A DNA stretch of 64,000 nucleotides from Raillietiella orientalis (lineage: Eukaryota). Below are positions 28,372 through 40,179 of this stretch, in pieces. Numbering within the stretch: position 1 is the first letter of the stretch; the number at the start of each line of letters is the position of its first letter. The notes under the pieces were generated by a model, which worked only from the letters and a program-made list of their open reading frames with translations, was not told where the DNA came from and ran no database searches. Location: assembly GCA_036172245.1 (NCBI GenBank), contig JAYWIR010000015.1, positions 806,001 through 870,000 of the forward strand. The letters run 5' to 3'. Position numbers and translations under genes: made by a program.

Positions 28372-28550
28372 CCGCGTTGGCGGCCATGTGGTAGCAATCT
28401 CAGCGTGTGGCATCAAGCATTGCGGGTTCGAACTCCCACGTGGACGATCTACGCCAGAGAAATAGGTGCGGCGTGGGTTTCGATTCTCCCCTTCCCCCAG
28501 GATGACGCTACTTGGCCTTAAAGGCTTCGGGTGCGACACTGGTTGACACC
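28372..28550 (+). mobile_element. tRNA-derived SINE head (copy A, 5' part)
   Basis: A-box-like TGGCGGCCATGTGG and B-box-like GGTTCGAACTCC (28425-28436). Aligns with the reverse complement of 53004-53166, sharing ccgcgttggcggcc, aagcattgcgggttcgaa, gccagagaaat, caggatgac and ttcgggtgcgacac. Confidence 0.8.
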
Positions 28551-28564
28551 CGGTTACACCGGGG

Positions 28565-29640
28565 CGCTTATTTATAAAATAAACATAATGTCTGTGGCAG
28601 TACGTTTGATCCTGCCCCACGTTGCTTATAACTACGAGAAGGAACCTGCCGGGAACTGGCACGCTGGCCAGCAGGATTCGCCTCGGCAGCACAGGGGAAG
28701 AGGAGGCAAACAAAAAGAAAAACATAAAACAAAGAACATGCATTCGAAAAATAAGGGGGGCAGGGGTGTTCGGGGAGGGATCACCTTTTGCTGCAGTGTG
28801 TCCTCTACATCCTTGTAATGATGTCGCAAAGTTCCTGTTTCAAGACTACCAGATGGGTCCATCTTGACACTATCCTCATGAAGACGACAGCAGAATAGAT
28901 GGCTTCCCTAGCCTTCTCTGGCGTTCCTCCATGCAGTCACGGTCCCGCTGCGTGGGCGGCAAAGTGCTGCTTGGGATGCGGCCGGCGTGAGGGCATCTCG
29001 CAGGAAGAGGCGCTTTGAAACGTCTCTGGAGTTGCCTCCGGGGGTTCCAAGGGTCGCAGTAAGACGTCCCCAAACGGGCCGAATGGCAGCACACTCCATT
29101 TGGAGGTGCAGAAGGGACTCTCGTTCCCCGCACCTTGCACAGTTTGGATCCATCCCCTCCCCTGTGTCCACAGATACCGGCGGGCGCTGCATGGGAGGCC
29201 CCAATGCAGCAACATCAATGCTGACTCCTGCCACTTTAAGGGGAGAGTGCGGTTGTTCATGAGCACCGGGAACGCTGCAGGTCTTCCTCCGGAATACCCA
29301 GTTGCACGCCCCAGCGCAAAAGTCCACGAGGTCGAGCACTCGGGGTCGCAGCCTCAATGAGCTGGACCGTCGTCCACTCGTCCAGTCCTCTTCACCTTCC
29401 GGAGATCTCCACAGTAACCTCCTATAGCCGTAAGGCTGCTGTCCATGTGCTCCCTATGGGTGGAGAGCACGGCGGCGAGGCAGGTCCTTCTTGCCCATGC
29501 ACTCTTCGCGGGATCTTCCAGTATCTCCCGGAGTGTGCAGTTGTGGTTGCGCACGTACGAGAAATGTCGCACCTGTTCCGTGCTTGGCTCCTGGATGTGC
29601 AAACGGTTCCCTGCAACCAGAAACTGCCGTTCGCTGGACG
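28565..29640 (-). mobile_element. 5'-truncated L1/Tx1 LINE: C-terminal zinc finger and 3' UTR
   Basis: 'CARCGERESLLHLQMECAAIRPVW' (Cys residues at 29091-29141) is the classic CCHC zf-RVT motif of L1/Tx1 ORF2. It is followed by 'W..R' and a T-rich UTR-like stretch at about 28700-28750. Confidence 0.85.
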
Positions 29641-29644
29641 GTAC

Positions 29645-30265
29645 TGGTGGAAGCCGAATGGCCACGATGACCGGCCAGGATTGGAAGCTGATCCTCCAGG
29701 GTCCTTCCGGGAGTCAAGAAGCCGGTTCCCTTCGGTGTTCCCTTCCTATTGTGAAAACGCAGTCGTGCTCCCCCTTGGATGAAACACTCCATGGAACTGG
29801 CTCATACTCCCCTAGGTGGATTGCCTCCTCAGAGTATCGAGAACCGCTCCCTTCGGGGAGAGTCCTTCAGATAAATTTGGAAGTGTCCCTTCGGGGTTCT
29901 CTTCAGAGGAGAAAACGAAGAACGGATGCTTCCAGGGGGTCCCTCTGGAGAAGAAATCCGGGGGCGGATCCTTCCGGGTTCCCTTTGGAAAAGAAACGAG
30001 GAGTTTCCCCTCCAGGGGTTACCTCCGCGAGAGAATGAGGAAGAGGTTTTCTTCGGAGACAAACAGGGGAAGGGTTCCTTCCCAAGTGTAAGAGAGACAG
30101 ATCCCTTCTTCCGGAGTCTTCCTGGATTCATAGGGCGGTCTCTCATAAATTAAAAAGTTACACTCACCCTCGTAATGCGTGGATGGCATTAAAGAGCTCC
30201 GTGAGCCTCCCCTAAGGAGGCGAATGGTTCTCGAGTGCTTAGCGAACCAAAAAGAAAAAAGAAAA
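29645..30265 (+). mobile_element. SINE body (copy A, 3' part), hairpin-rich, with A-rich end
   Basis: 29645-30066 aligns collinearly with the reverse complement of 52603-53000, e.g. gaaacgaggagt...gagagaatgaggaagaggttttcttcggagacaa versus gaaatgaggagt...gagagaataaggaagaggtttccatcggagacaa. Extension to the A-tract at 30249-30265 is inferred. Confidence 0.7.
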
Positions 30266-33200
30266 CGGCCAATTGGGAAGCGATTGGGATAGGGAACAGG
30301 TTTTTCCTCATCTCAAAGATGAGTAGGCTGCATCCATTTTATTTTGAAGGTACGGGGGTGATCTGTCTAGTTTTGGAGCCATCACCCCGGCTGGTCGTTC
30401 TCACTGCTGTCGAGATGCATCATGTTGCCCAGCCGTGTTTGCACAACGAGCCCTCCCTTGCCCCTTGATTTCCCGACCCTCAAAACTCTAATTCCCTTAG
30501 ATCTCGTTCCATTCTATGTAGGTGGCAGTGAGCTGCCTGCCACGCATCCATACCGTCCTATGAGGCTGGACACTTAAATCTGAAAAGTGTGAACGTTCTC
30601 CAGCTTTATTCATTCGTGCTTTAACATACAGAAGACAGCAACAGCGCCCATGCCAAGTGCTTAACGGTCAAGGAAATCTGCTTAGGACTTCACGCGGACA
30701 ATTCCTTTGATTACTTTCCTTCGACACGTAAACACAGAGCAGTTTCTCCCACCTCTTCCTTCAGATGGGAACACGCGGAGCAACAGGAAGTTTGCTCTGC
30801 TCCAGCACCGCAAACGGCATCCGCTATTCACCTCCAGGGCCAATGTTACCTGTGCACAAAGGAGCTCACTCAAACGACCTGGCACTTGCCTGAATGGTGA
30901 GCCTTGCGATGGAGAGCTCTTTGAAAATTTTTTCCCTTTGAAATGGCTATCGAACTCCAAAGGCCTCGAAAGGATCCCCCGTCCTGTTCTGCGGAATCGC
31001 ATCCACCCACTCATTATTTGGACAGTTCCGTTGCTAGATCGGGAGTCGAAAGCCTTGTGTGACCAGCAGCCGAGGAATTCCAGCAATTATTCAAATCCAA
31101 TACTTTCGTCTCGAAACCTGCAGGGTTGTCTCCGGTCTGCCAGTAAAGCACCTTTCTAATTCTTGTTCCTGACTGTGCTGGAGGTTTCAAGTGAAATTTG
31201 AGGAGTGGAGGCAGAAATTTTCGGTTGGGAAATCGTGTAGGAAGATTTGAGAGAAGACACACAATAGGAATGCATAATAATACTAGAACGAATGCACATT
31301 GGGGAATTTTTAATTGGGAGGATGAAGATGGAAAACATGATGCCGAAGCGAAATTGGGAAATTTGAACCAGTAATTCCATCTTGGAGTCCGAAACTGGTG
31401 CTCCTATCCACGAATTTCCCCTCCTAAGTACGACGGATTTCCCATTATCCCAAGGGAACATCTTGAACAGCTAAAAAGAAAGAAAGAAACATGAAGGTCT
31501 AAGGCAATAACTTCAAAGCTGGATCTTATTTTTGCCCTCAAGCAAAGAGAACTCCGTGCCCGCGAGAAACAGAATGGAAATCAGGTGGACACCTGGAAAC
31601 TATCCGTAGAATTTAAAGAATATTGGAGTGGTAAGATAGCGTGGTTACCAGGTCTTGAATGTTTTCTCTCCCAAAGTTTCAATTCAAAAGTTCTTGATGG
31701 AGTTGACAGAATCCTGAAGAATGAACTCTCGAGACCCTTCATTTGTTCTTCCCTAATGTTGCTGATCAAAAATATCACTTCCTCCCATTTTCTGATGCCA
31801 TCTCAGTTCCAAATGATGGATTTTTGTCGTCTGAAGAACCAAGCGGAACCTTAGAGACCACGGAGAAATAACGAAGGCTGAAGGATTCATTTACACTCTT
31901 CCTTGTGCTGGGAATGGAATGCTTCCTAACACTACGTTTGCTACACCTCCCCTCATCTGAGAATGGAGTGTTTATCTCTGTTAAGCTGAACTTTGGGCAA
32001 ACTATGAATATCAGATACGACAGCTACCTTTCTGATTAATCGTCAGTTTCATTCGTCACAGAGTTAGCCGTACAAATTCCCTTCACAATTCGTCATGCAA
32101 CTCAGTGGGCACTCCATGCTTGTAGAATGCCTATTTATCTTCCCAAAATTTAAATCTCGACCTTTGAATGCAAAAGTGCCTTGCCAACTGGATCAAGGGA
32201 GATAGATAATGAAAAGCTGATTTTGAGGAATTTTTCTGATGTCTTTTAACTACGCATAATAACAGCTCCATTTGGTGACTCATTACTGAGTCTGCTCTTA
32301 GTGAGTTCACGAGTTTTGAAATGCAATGATCCTTTTGTGACTTTACAGCACTGTGACAGCGGAGAGAAACCATTGACGTGTGCTTGTGGGAGAGAAGAAC
32401 GAAGCTATTAGGTTTCATTCGAAGGTGGGTGGGGTTTGAAGCATGAAGGAAACGGAACAAATCTAACTATTGCTAGTAGTTGGATTAGACAGTTCTAATG
32501 GACAAGCAAAGGGTTGGATGTAGAAGAGGAAAGGAAGAAGTGTCGCTTTGGAGCTCGTTCCCACCCATCACTTAGGTCAGTTCGGAAACGTCCAGAAAAT
32601 TATTCCATTCTTGAGGTTCAGCAAAATGAATGTGAATTTTCAAAACATTTATCTCCATTTTATTGACTTTCGAGGAGCAATGAGTTTACTTTACTACAAT
32701 ATGTCACTGTAGTTGAACCCTTTACTGCTTGCATGCTGTTGCACTTGCAAAAGCAGGCAAAAAATCGCGTATTAATATTTGCAAATTGTTGCTGTCTAAG
32801 CTTGTAATTGGCAGGAGATATATGTCCTGTATTTAGAGGAGAACGCTTCTGGATGCTGAGACTGACCCGTTTTCTAATGGGCTCTTATTTTCATTGACTT
32901 GCCTTTCTTATGTAGTTCCTCTAGAGCCCGCAGTGGCAACGATTACTTACTGAGCAATCATTATCATCTCATTCACGTTGGGAAAGGTATGCTGAAGGTA
33001 TTTGTAACTGAAAACTAAGTACAAGTTCCGATGGACATGAATGATTTCTTTTTCCCCTTATGAAGCATTGATACATTGGGGAGCGTAGTTATGTCTTGAA
33101 GTGTTTAATTATTTTTAAGTAATACTGTACACTGATACTAGTTTGACGTTGCAGTGCGTAGTGAAATGAGGTGTAATACATAATGCATGTGATGTGAGCC

Positions 33201-36200
33201 TTATTTCTATTCGATGCTATTCCGATGATTCTGCTACATTCATGTTAATGTCTTGTGGTATAATGGTTTGAAATAAACTAGGTAAGCGGATGCTGTCGTA
33301 CTTGAATGCAACTAAGGATATTTATGTAGGATATATCAGAGAAGTGAGAAAGATTAGAAATGTTCTATCATTCGGTTATAATACAATCCAATTTCTTTTT
33401 TTTTTTTATATTTTGCATTCGAGTTGCTTTGACTCTATGACGACACGCTTAAAATGCGTTGTCTGCTTGTGTTCAAAAACCAGGGTTTAAAAAGAAAAGA
33501 TTTAAGAGGCACATCTTCCTGGGAGACTCTCGACTTGTTCCATACTTTGGTGCTGTGAACGATCTGGAAGAAACAAACATGGCGATTCCCTTTTCCAACG
33601 TTTTTCCGCTCTGAAGGAACAGCATCATTGGAACAACCTAGAAAAGGAAACTTCACACCTTCCCATCATCAGGGCTGAGATCTGTGGGATAGAATCGGCC
33701 ATTAGCATTTCATTCCACGGAAGTCGCTGGTCCCAATTCTTTCACTGAAGCTCTTTTTTCCTTCTCGCCTGTGGAGTCCACGAGTCTGGAGCAGGAAACT
33801 CAAACTTGCAGTTTCAGATGGCCCTATGCAGTGCCATCTGAAACTGCAAGCCATGGGATTCACTGTGATTTATTACCGAAAATTTGATGGACAAATGCAC
33901 TTCTCGGACAACTCAACAAGCGACTTTCGTGGATATGGAAAACACGGTGGTGACGTGGCATTTCAATACGTGGAATGCAAAATCTGGTCCACGATTCCCA
34001 TTCCTACTAATTACCCACTCGATTAGGGATTCGTGTACGAATTTGCCTATTACTTATTTACAATTTCCTTATCACTCACAATGATCAAGGTGCAGTTATG
34101 ACTGAAAATAAGTTGATTGCAAACCTGAGACTCTTTCTCCTTCTAGTTCCAAATAGCTATTTTTTAAAAAGAATTTTCAATTTTCTATTTAGATTCATAT
34201 GTAGCAGTATATGAGAAGTGTTCGAGGCAGCTATTATTTCAGGAGTTGGGGATTTTCTCTACGCTAAGAAATGATTTTACAGCTTCCAAAGAAAAAATCA
34301 GTCGATTCTCGGATGCAGACGGATTTTCATTTCCAGCCGTCAATCCTTCGAAACCTCAGTTCCGGAGCTAAACATCAAGGATGCAATCTCTCTGTTTTCA
34401 ATTTCTTGGTACAGGCGCACATACTGCATTTCCTTGCTCAATAAAAGACATCACTCTTTCCGCTTTGAGTGGTTTAAGGATGATTTCCTTTTGAATGATG
34501 TCTATTTCTTTTACATTCAGTCATCTCAGAGCCGTCAGATCACAGTACACAATGAGAGAGCCAAAGTAAATTCGAGAAAAACTAACGATAGTTTCAATGT
34601 CTCGATCCTAAGAACCGTCTGACCTAGAGACTGCATTGCAGCAGTAAGGAAACTGGCATTAATCTAAAACTCTAATCTATCAATCCGATTGGTTCAGAGA
34701 TGAGATAACTTTCACCAAACACTCCCAAAGTCTGTGAGGAACTGGTTTCCAGCTAGAAAAAAAAAAAAAAAACACAGCGGTTTCGACTGGAGTAGCAATT
34801 TGGAACCAAACCTATAAGCATTTACAGGAAACGGGAAAATCAACTGATTGTATAGAAAATGGGAGAAATGAGGATAATCTTTCTCAAAACTGATTGTCTG
34901 TATAATAAGCTTATCCAGGAAGAGACGAAATAGCAAAGTCAGGATGCAGATCATTGAAACCTCTATCAACGGCAGAAGCCATGGTTTTGAAATATCTTAG
35001 GAAAGGCCCAGACGTTGATCCTAAGAAGATTTAACAGCACATCTATAAGGGTTGGTCATCTCCCTTGATTTTGCACTTTTTGAAAATGGATCCTTTGCCA
35101 TAAATGTTTGCTTTTAATTTCGAACATAACTGCTTGGCAATTGAGTGTTCCAATCAAATCTCCGAGCCAAGGCTGTGCGAAAGGTGTCAGCTATCTTTTC
35201 TCATGAGTGTTTCATTTCAAAAAAAAAAAACCAAAGCATCATGAAAGAATCTCCCCTTGAAATTTTCTTCTCATTGAGAATCAGAAAAATACGTTTTTGT
35301 GTATTCCTTGCCATAATATAGGTCTAGTAGTGTTTCCTTGGTTCATAGTTTGGCTTTTAATTGTAAACACTGACTGCATAATTCCACAGACACGATTTCT
35401 TCACTGTTTCCCCCCTCTCAGTGACCACGATTTAAGCAAAAAGTTGGTGAGACGGGTTGCCATCCAATCCACTGTTCCGCATGCTAGGAAGACTGCAGCA
35501 TTGACTGACCAGCAGCGATTTGCTTCATCCACTATTGAAAAGCACGAAAGTGTACAAGATGAAGTTCAGGGAATCCACGAGCGATCATGAAAGCAATCTC
35601 ACTGCACCGTGAATTCAGCGATGTGCGCTTCAGCATAGCGAAATTCCCTTAAAGAGCACCGTCATTCGAAAGCAAACTGACCAAACCGTTCCACTCCAAC
35701 TAAGAGCCTTAGCGAAGCCACCGCTCATGCAGGAATATTTTCATCACACGCCAGTATCATCACTCAGCAAATCATCTTACATCTCTTGGAATTCTTGCAG
35801 AACTACCAATCAAACCTACCGCCTGATAGACAGCAGCTCCCTGCCATGTCGTATCTTCAGTTACATTAGTCCTAGTTACAATCATTTTATTCTCCTTCCT
35901 TCTCTAAGTACCGTCAGTTACTGCTGATCTGCTTTCTTCAGATACTCTTATCCAATGTTCCCAATGGTCATCGTTTAATAGCATCTTGAGTTTTTCCCTC
36001 CTCTGAGCAGAATCTTGAAGAACACCACGTCTTTGCTTGCTTCATTTCTCGGAAGGCCTTTTTGCTTTTCTCAAGGGTTTTTTTTTTTACACACCCTGAA
36101 TCCTATGGAATTTGAAATCCTGAAGATTATGGGTTAGAATGCATCTGCGCTGAAATCTTTAGACTTGGAAATTCCAAGTTCATCCTTGTGAGCTGATCCA

Positions 36201-36555
36201 TAAGAACAAAGATGGAATTTAGCTGCGAAAGAATTAGATGGAAAACGGGATGGCCACTCAATTGCTGCTTCCCGGACTTCCAGATTCATAGCTGCACTTC
36301 TGTAGAAGGTTCTCAACAGCCGTCACTCAGAATGAGACTGCTCAAAATTTCTCAGGACTTCAGCTGCATCGAAGAGCTGCAACTTGCAAGGAATTGATGA
36401 GAGAGCTACATCGTTCTTTCTTCATTCGCTTCTGCCTTGAAAATCCCATGCAATGCGAAATGGGCCGATGTTTAGCGGGAAGAGTACATGAAACGGGACC
36501 GAACTTCTAAGAGGTCATCGCGTGTTTGCATTCATCCGCACTAGGAGTCATTAAT

Positions 36556-36800
36556 TCAACAATGAATTCTGATTTCGAATGTACACAGGAGGGAATGTAC
36601 AATGCACAGATTCCTCTCCGTGGTCTCCGGATTTTCATCAGTTTTCTTCTTAAGATGCACTGGAAAATTCAGGCACCTCTTCTTGGTGGCAAGCAGTTTC
36701 CCAGCTGTTAGGAGTTCGGCACTCGCCCTGAAAATCCTTTCCTTTCTTGGGAACAAAGGCTGTGCTGGAGTTATAGAAAAGATACCCTTCCGCATCTGGA
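36556..36800 (-). pseudogene. P-loop NTPase (SF1/Schlafen-like helicase) Walker A relic
   Basis: 'FSITPAQ...RIFRASAELLTAGKLLATKK' resembles 'LTpeQ...fl.G.aGTGKTll..k'. Degenerate. Confidence 0.3.
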
Positions 36801-39099
36801 TGCTCCATTTTTTCCAGCCATATTCGGAGTGTCGAGCTTGATCCTGGAGCCAGGGAAGCCTCCCAACTGTGCTCTTTAGGTGAATGTCTCCATGAACTCT
36901 GCATGCAAACTCGATGGCCTTGTCAATTCCTGTGTGACCTTTCCATGCTTGGAGGAACTGTCAACGAATTCGAAAGGCTTTACGGTGGAGCATTTTCCTT
37001 GAAAAAGGAGAACAATCCTGATTTATCAATATAAACATCTCGTTTCCTTCAAACTTTTAAGATCCGCCTTCACGACATCTGATTTTCCGTGCTGGACTTG
37101 GGATAGCGTAAAGGGCGCTTCTAACTCTTTGCTGTTAGCTCGAGATGCTTTCTCGACTCGAAAGACCTGCTAAGAAGTAGCTCCCAGGGGCAAAAAAGTG
37201 AAATTTCCTCTCTTCTGGATACCACCATTCATGTTTGGGTGCCTTTTTTCCTTTTTTTGTTTCTCCTTTACAGTTTGACCTGTTCTCTAAAGCAAACAAG
37301 AAAATTCTCTTCTTTGTTTTGCTCAGTTTTCTCCTCCCTGAAATCTTTGTGAGATCAGAAGGAGGAAAAAAACTAATTTCAGCAGGTAGAAATACGAATA
37401 CTGATTTACATTTACTGAATTACTTACGTAATCGAGCATTTAAAGCCATTGGAGTCTCCTCCAAATGAAGGGTCACACCACTTACACGAAGTCTGTCCGA
37501 TTTTTGCATCTCTTTTTTCCATAAGACCCATTTCCATAAGTACCATTCTGTCTTAACATCCCTCAACAAAATTCCTGAATCACGTCGAGGAATTCGCGTT
37601 GGCTCCGCCAGCAATAGTTTGGTCGTCGAAATGTGCTCGGTACATCCTTCGGCAAGATTCTTGTGCAAGCTCGCGTTGTGAAGATAGAAGATGCTGCTCA
37701 AGAGATTCCCAGCTCAGGACAAATCCACTTTTCCAGTATAATCGCAAGCCAATTGCAATTGTAATCAGGGGGAAATCTGGACTTCTTTCTTGATAGACAA
37801 TCGCCTTTGCTCGATCATTTAGAAATGCTGATTCTTTCTCTCACCAGTATTTTGTTTCTCATTTTGTAGGGAAACCAAATCTCTCTGCTAGAAAAAAAAT
37901 TGCCTGTACTATACTTACTAATGAAAGTGTACTCGACGACAACTAGTAGGCACTTCCAAGTTATGCTTAAAGATGTTTGGTAAACATGCTTATCTAAATG
38001 AGCTAGATCATTCGCATGCAGGCATGATCCACGAAACGCCCTCGAATTTGCATACATGGGGTACATCAGGGTGTTTTTGTAAGCGCATGTCGAAGTTGTT
38101 CACCAAAAATACTGTCGAGGAAAAATATTAGATCTGCCAGATGTCATTCTTTATTTATCGAGGTTTCCATAAGTGTGCTCTTTCTATTCCATGGTGATAT
38201 GATTCTTGGTGTTCTTTTCGAAAGAGCTAAGAAGCAATCCAGAGAATGCCCCTAAAATAAAGCATATGAGTTAGGAAAAAGAAAACAATGTCTGTTCCTA
38301 TAGAATAAACATTATGTCTTACTTGTATTGAACGAAAGTTTTATCATACATGTATATAAAAACGAACTAAGGTGGTCTAAGATGAAGATGAAGCGAATCA
38401 CTGGAAACAGTGCAACGCTAAGCAACATAGAAGCTGCACACAAAATGCACTTGGAGTGCCATCGGTGATCTCACTGTTTCCCCCCCCCAAAATTCTTCTC
38501 AGGCAGTTCGGTGAACAGCAAAACAGGGATCTCTTAGGAGGTACTTGAGAATCATTCCAGGGCACTTCAGAAATCCTGCTTTCAGTAATAAGGTTTTATA
38601 AAAGATCAAGTGATGCTGTGGATCTCCGCTGCACAAGAAACAGACTCTCATTTTCACGGAAACACATCTGCATCCCAATCTTCAGGCCTATTATTGAAGC
38701 AACCAGCAAGTCGGCGGGGAAAAATTGCCTGCAAGGTAAGGAGGACCGTCATGGACTGAAAAGATTGGAAGCATTCCAAATGTCAGATGACTTTTATCGA
38801 GAAAGATCGCCGCTCTGTTAACTCTTCTTTTTGTTGCTGACTTAAAAAGGTTTTAGACAGACTTTTTGTTGTCCAATAAGTTACCATGCACGTATCTCTG
38901 ATGGGTGGTTACTAATTGGTGGTCGATTTCATAAAGATTAACTAAACAAGGCTTCAAATCTTTCTTTTCTGATGCCGTTGCGGGAACCCAAGTGAAGGTG
39001 GAGCCGAATTTCTTCAGTTCGAAAGGAGCCAAGGAAAAGGCTGTCAAAAACACGCGGACTGAGTTTCAGAGCTCCAGTCGCTGTCCTAGCCGAATCTGA

Positions 39100-39430
39100 G
39101 GTTTCTTTATGATGTATTTGATGCTCGTCTCGGAGAGAGAGGAATTTATCGGTACAAAACCTACTATAAAATAATGTGCCGTTTACTAAGGGCATGGTGG
39201 ACTAAAAATGTGAACACGCTATCTATGAGTTGTTGGAATGTATTCGTTTAGAATGCTACCTAGTTCTTCCGTGACTTTGAAAAAGATGCCTACTGATAGA
39301 AGACTGCGGAAAACAGAGCAAGAGCAGAAAGGGTAGAAGAGAAGTAGCATTGATGAAGCAGAGAGGCGCGATACACGATTTTTGGATTTTATATTTGCGT
39401 TTTTGCATTCAGATTTTGCCAAGTGAGATC
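39100..39430 (-). pseudogene. Possible rhodopsin-like GPCR TM6-TM7 relic
   Basis: 'KNRVSR...LLLFYPFC' followed by 'PLVNGTLFYSRFCTDKF' (similar to NPxxY...F). Frameshifted. Confidence 0.2.
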
Positions 39431-40179
39431 AATTCAGAGTGTTTGAGGAAGGAGGCAAAATCCTCTGCCATCTCTGAAGTTTCAGAGATGCCACGTTTGA
39501 AATATTTGTGTCTATCAGCTGTCGTCTTCTCTGAAAGAAACGACTGGATTCCTTGAAGAAAGTGCTGACAGAAACAGTTGTGAAGAAAACAAAGTCTTTG
39601 TTCACTTGGATAAATAGGTCAGATCCTGTTGCAGACCCAGTCTCTCAGTTTATACGGAATCAAAGTTTTCATATTTTTATGATGATATAATGATTTTTAA
39701 GTGTAATTTTTCGATCTCGACTAGGTGGCTGTATTTCTAGAACGGCACAATCAGATGTTCACTCAAAGCAAATGTAGAATATGAATGCACACATATTTTA
39801 GAGCATCAGTTTGGTAAATCTGGCATCCAAAACCTAGGAAGTACTGCTTTTTTTTTTTCCACATAAGAAAAAAGATCCTTTTGCTAACAAGTTGAAGAGT
39901 ATTTTTGATGCTTTCAAGAATTCCAAGTGGAATCTCCAAGAAAGAACGGCCGCGTGCTTAAAAAGGAAATGTTAAACATTGAAAGAGTTCAAAGGGATGA
40001 AATGCCAAGGGTCAAATATGAAGACCAGAGAGAAACCAACAGCGTCGACGATGTTTGTCTTTCATAAGCGTATTAATTGCACATTATGTGTTTGCTGTCC
40101 ACGGAGAGATTATCATATTTGATCAGACAAAGTTCCAAGCAAAAAAATAAAAGAAAAATGAGGTAATGATATTACTTCA

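Noticed and set aside
28372..28445. Functional tRNA gene (also 53095-53166)
   Set aside because: A and B boxes are present, but I could not fold a convincing cloverleaf or acceptor stem, and homology continues far into a shared body. A SINE head fits better.
27845..28465. Longest ORF in the track (206 aa)
   Set aside because: Ser/Cys/Phe-rich with no recognisable domain, and it runs into the SINE head. Most likely a spurious ORF.
29445..30038. 197-aa ORF sharing 'SLRGSLQR' with ORF 52676-52987
   Set aside because: The peptide similarity is a by-product of nucleotide homology between SINE bodies. The frame is not conserved and it spans a LINE/SINE junction.
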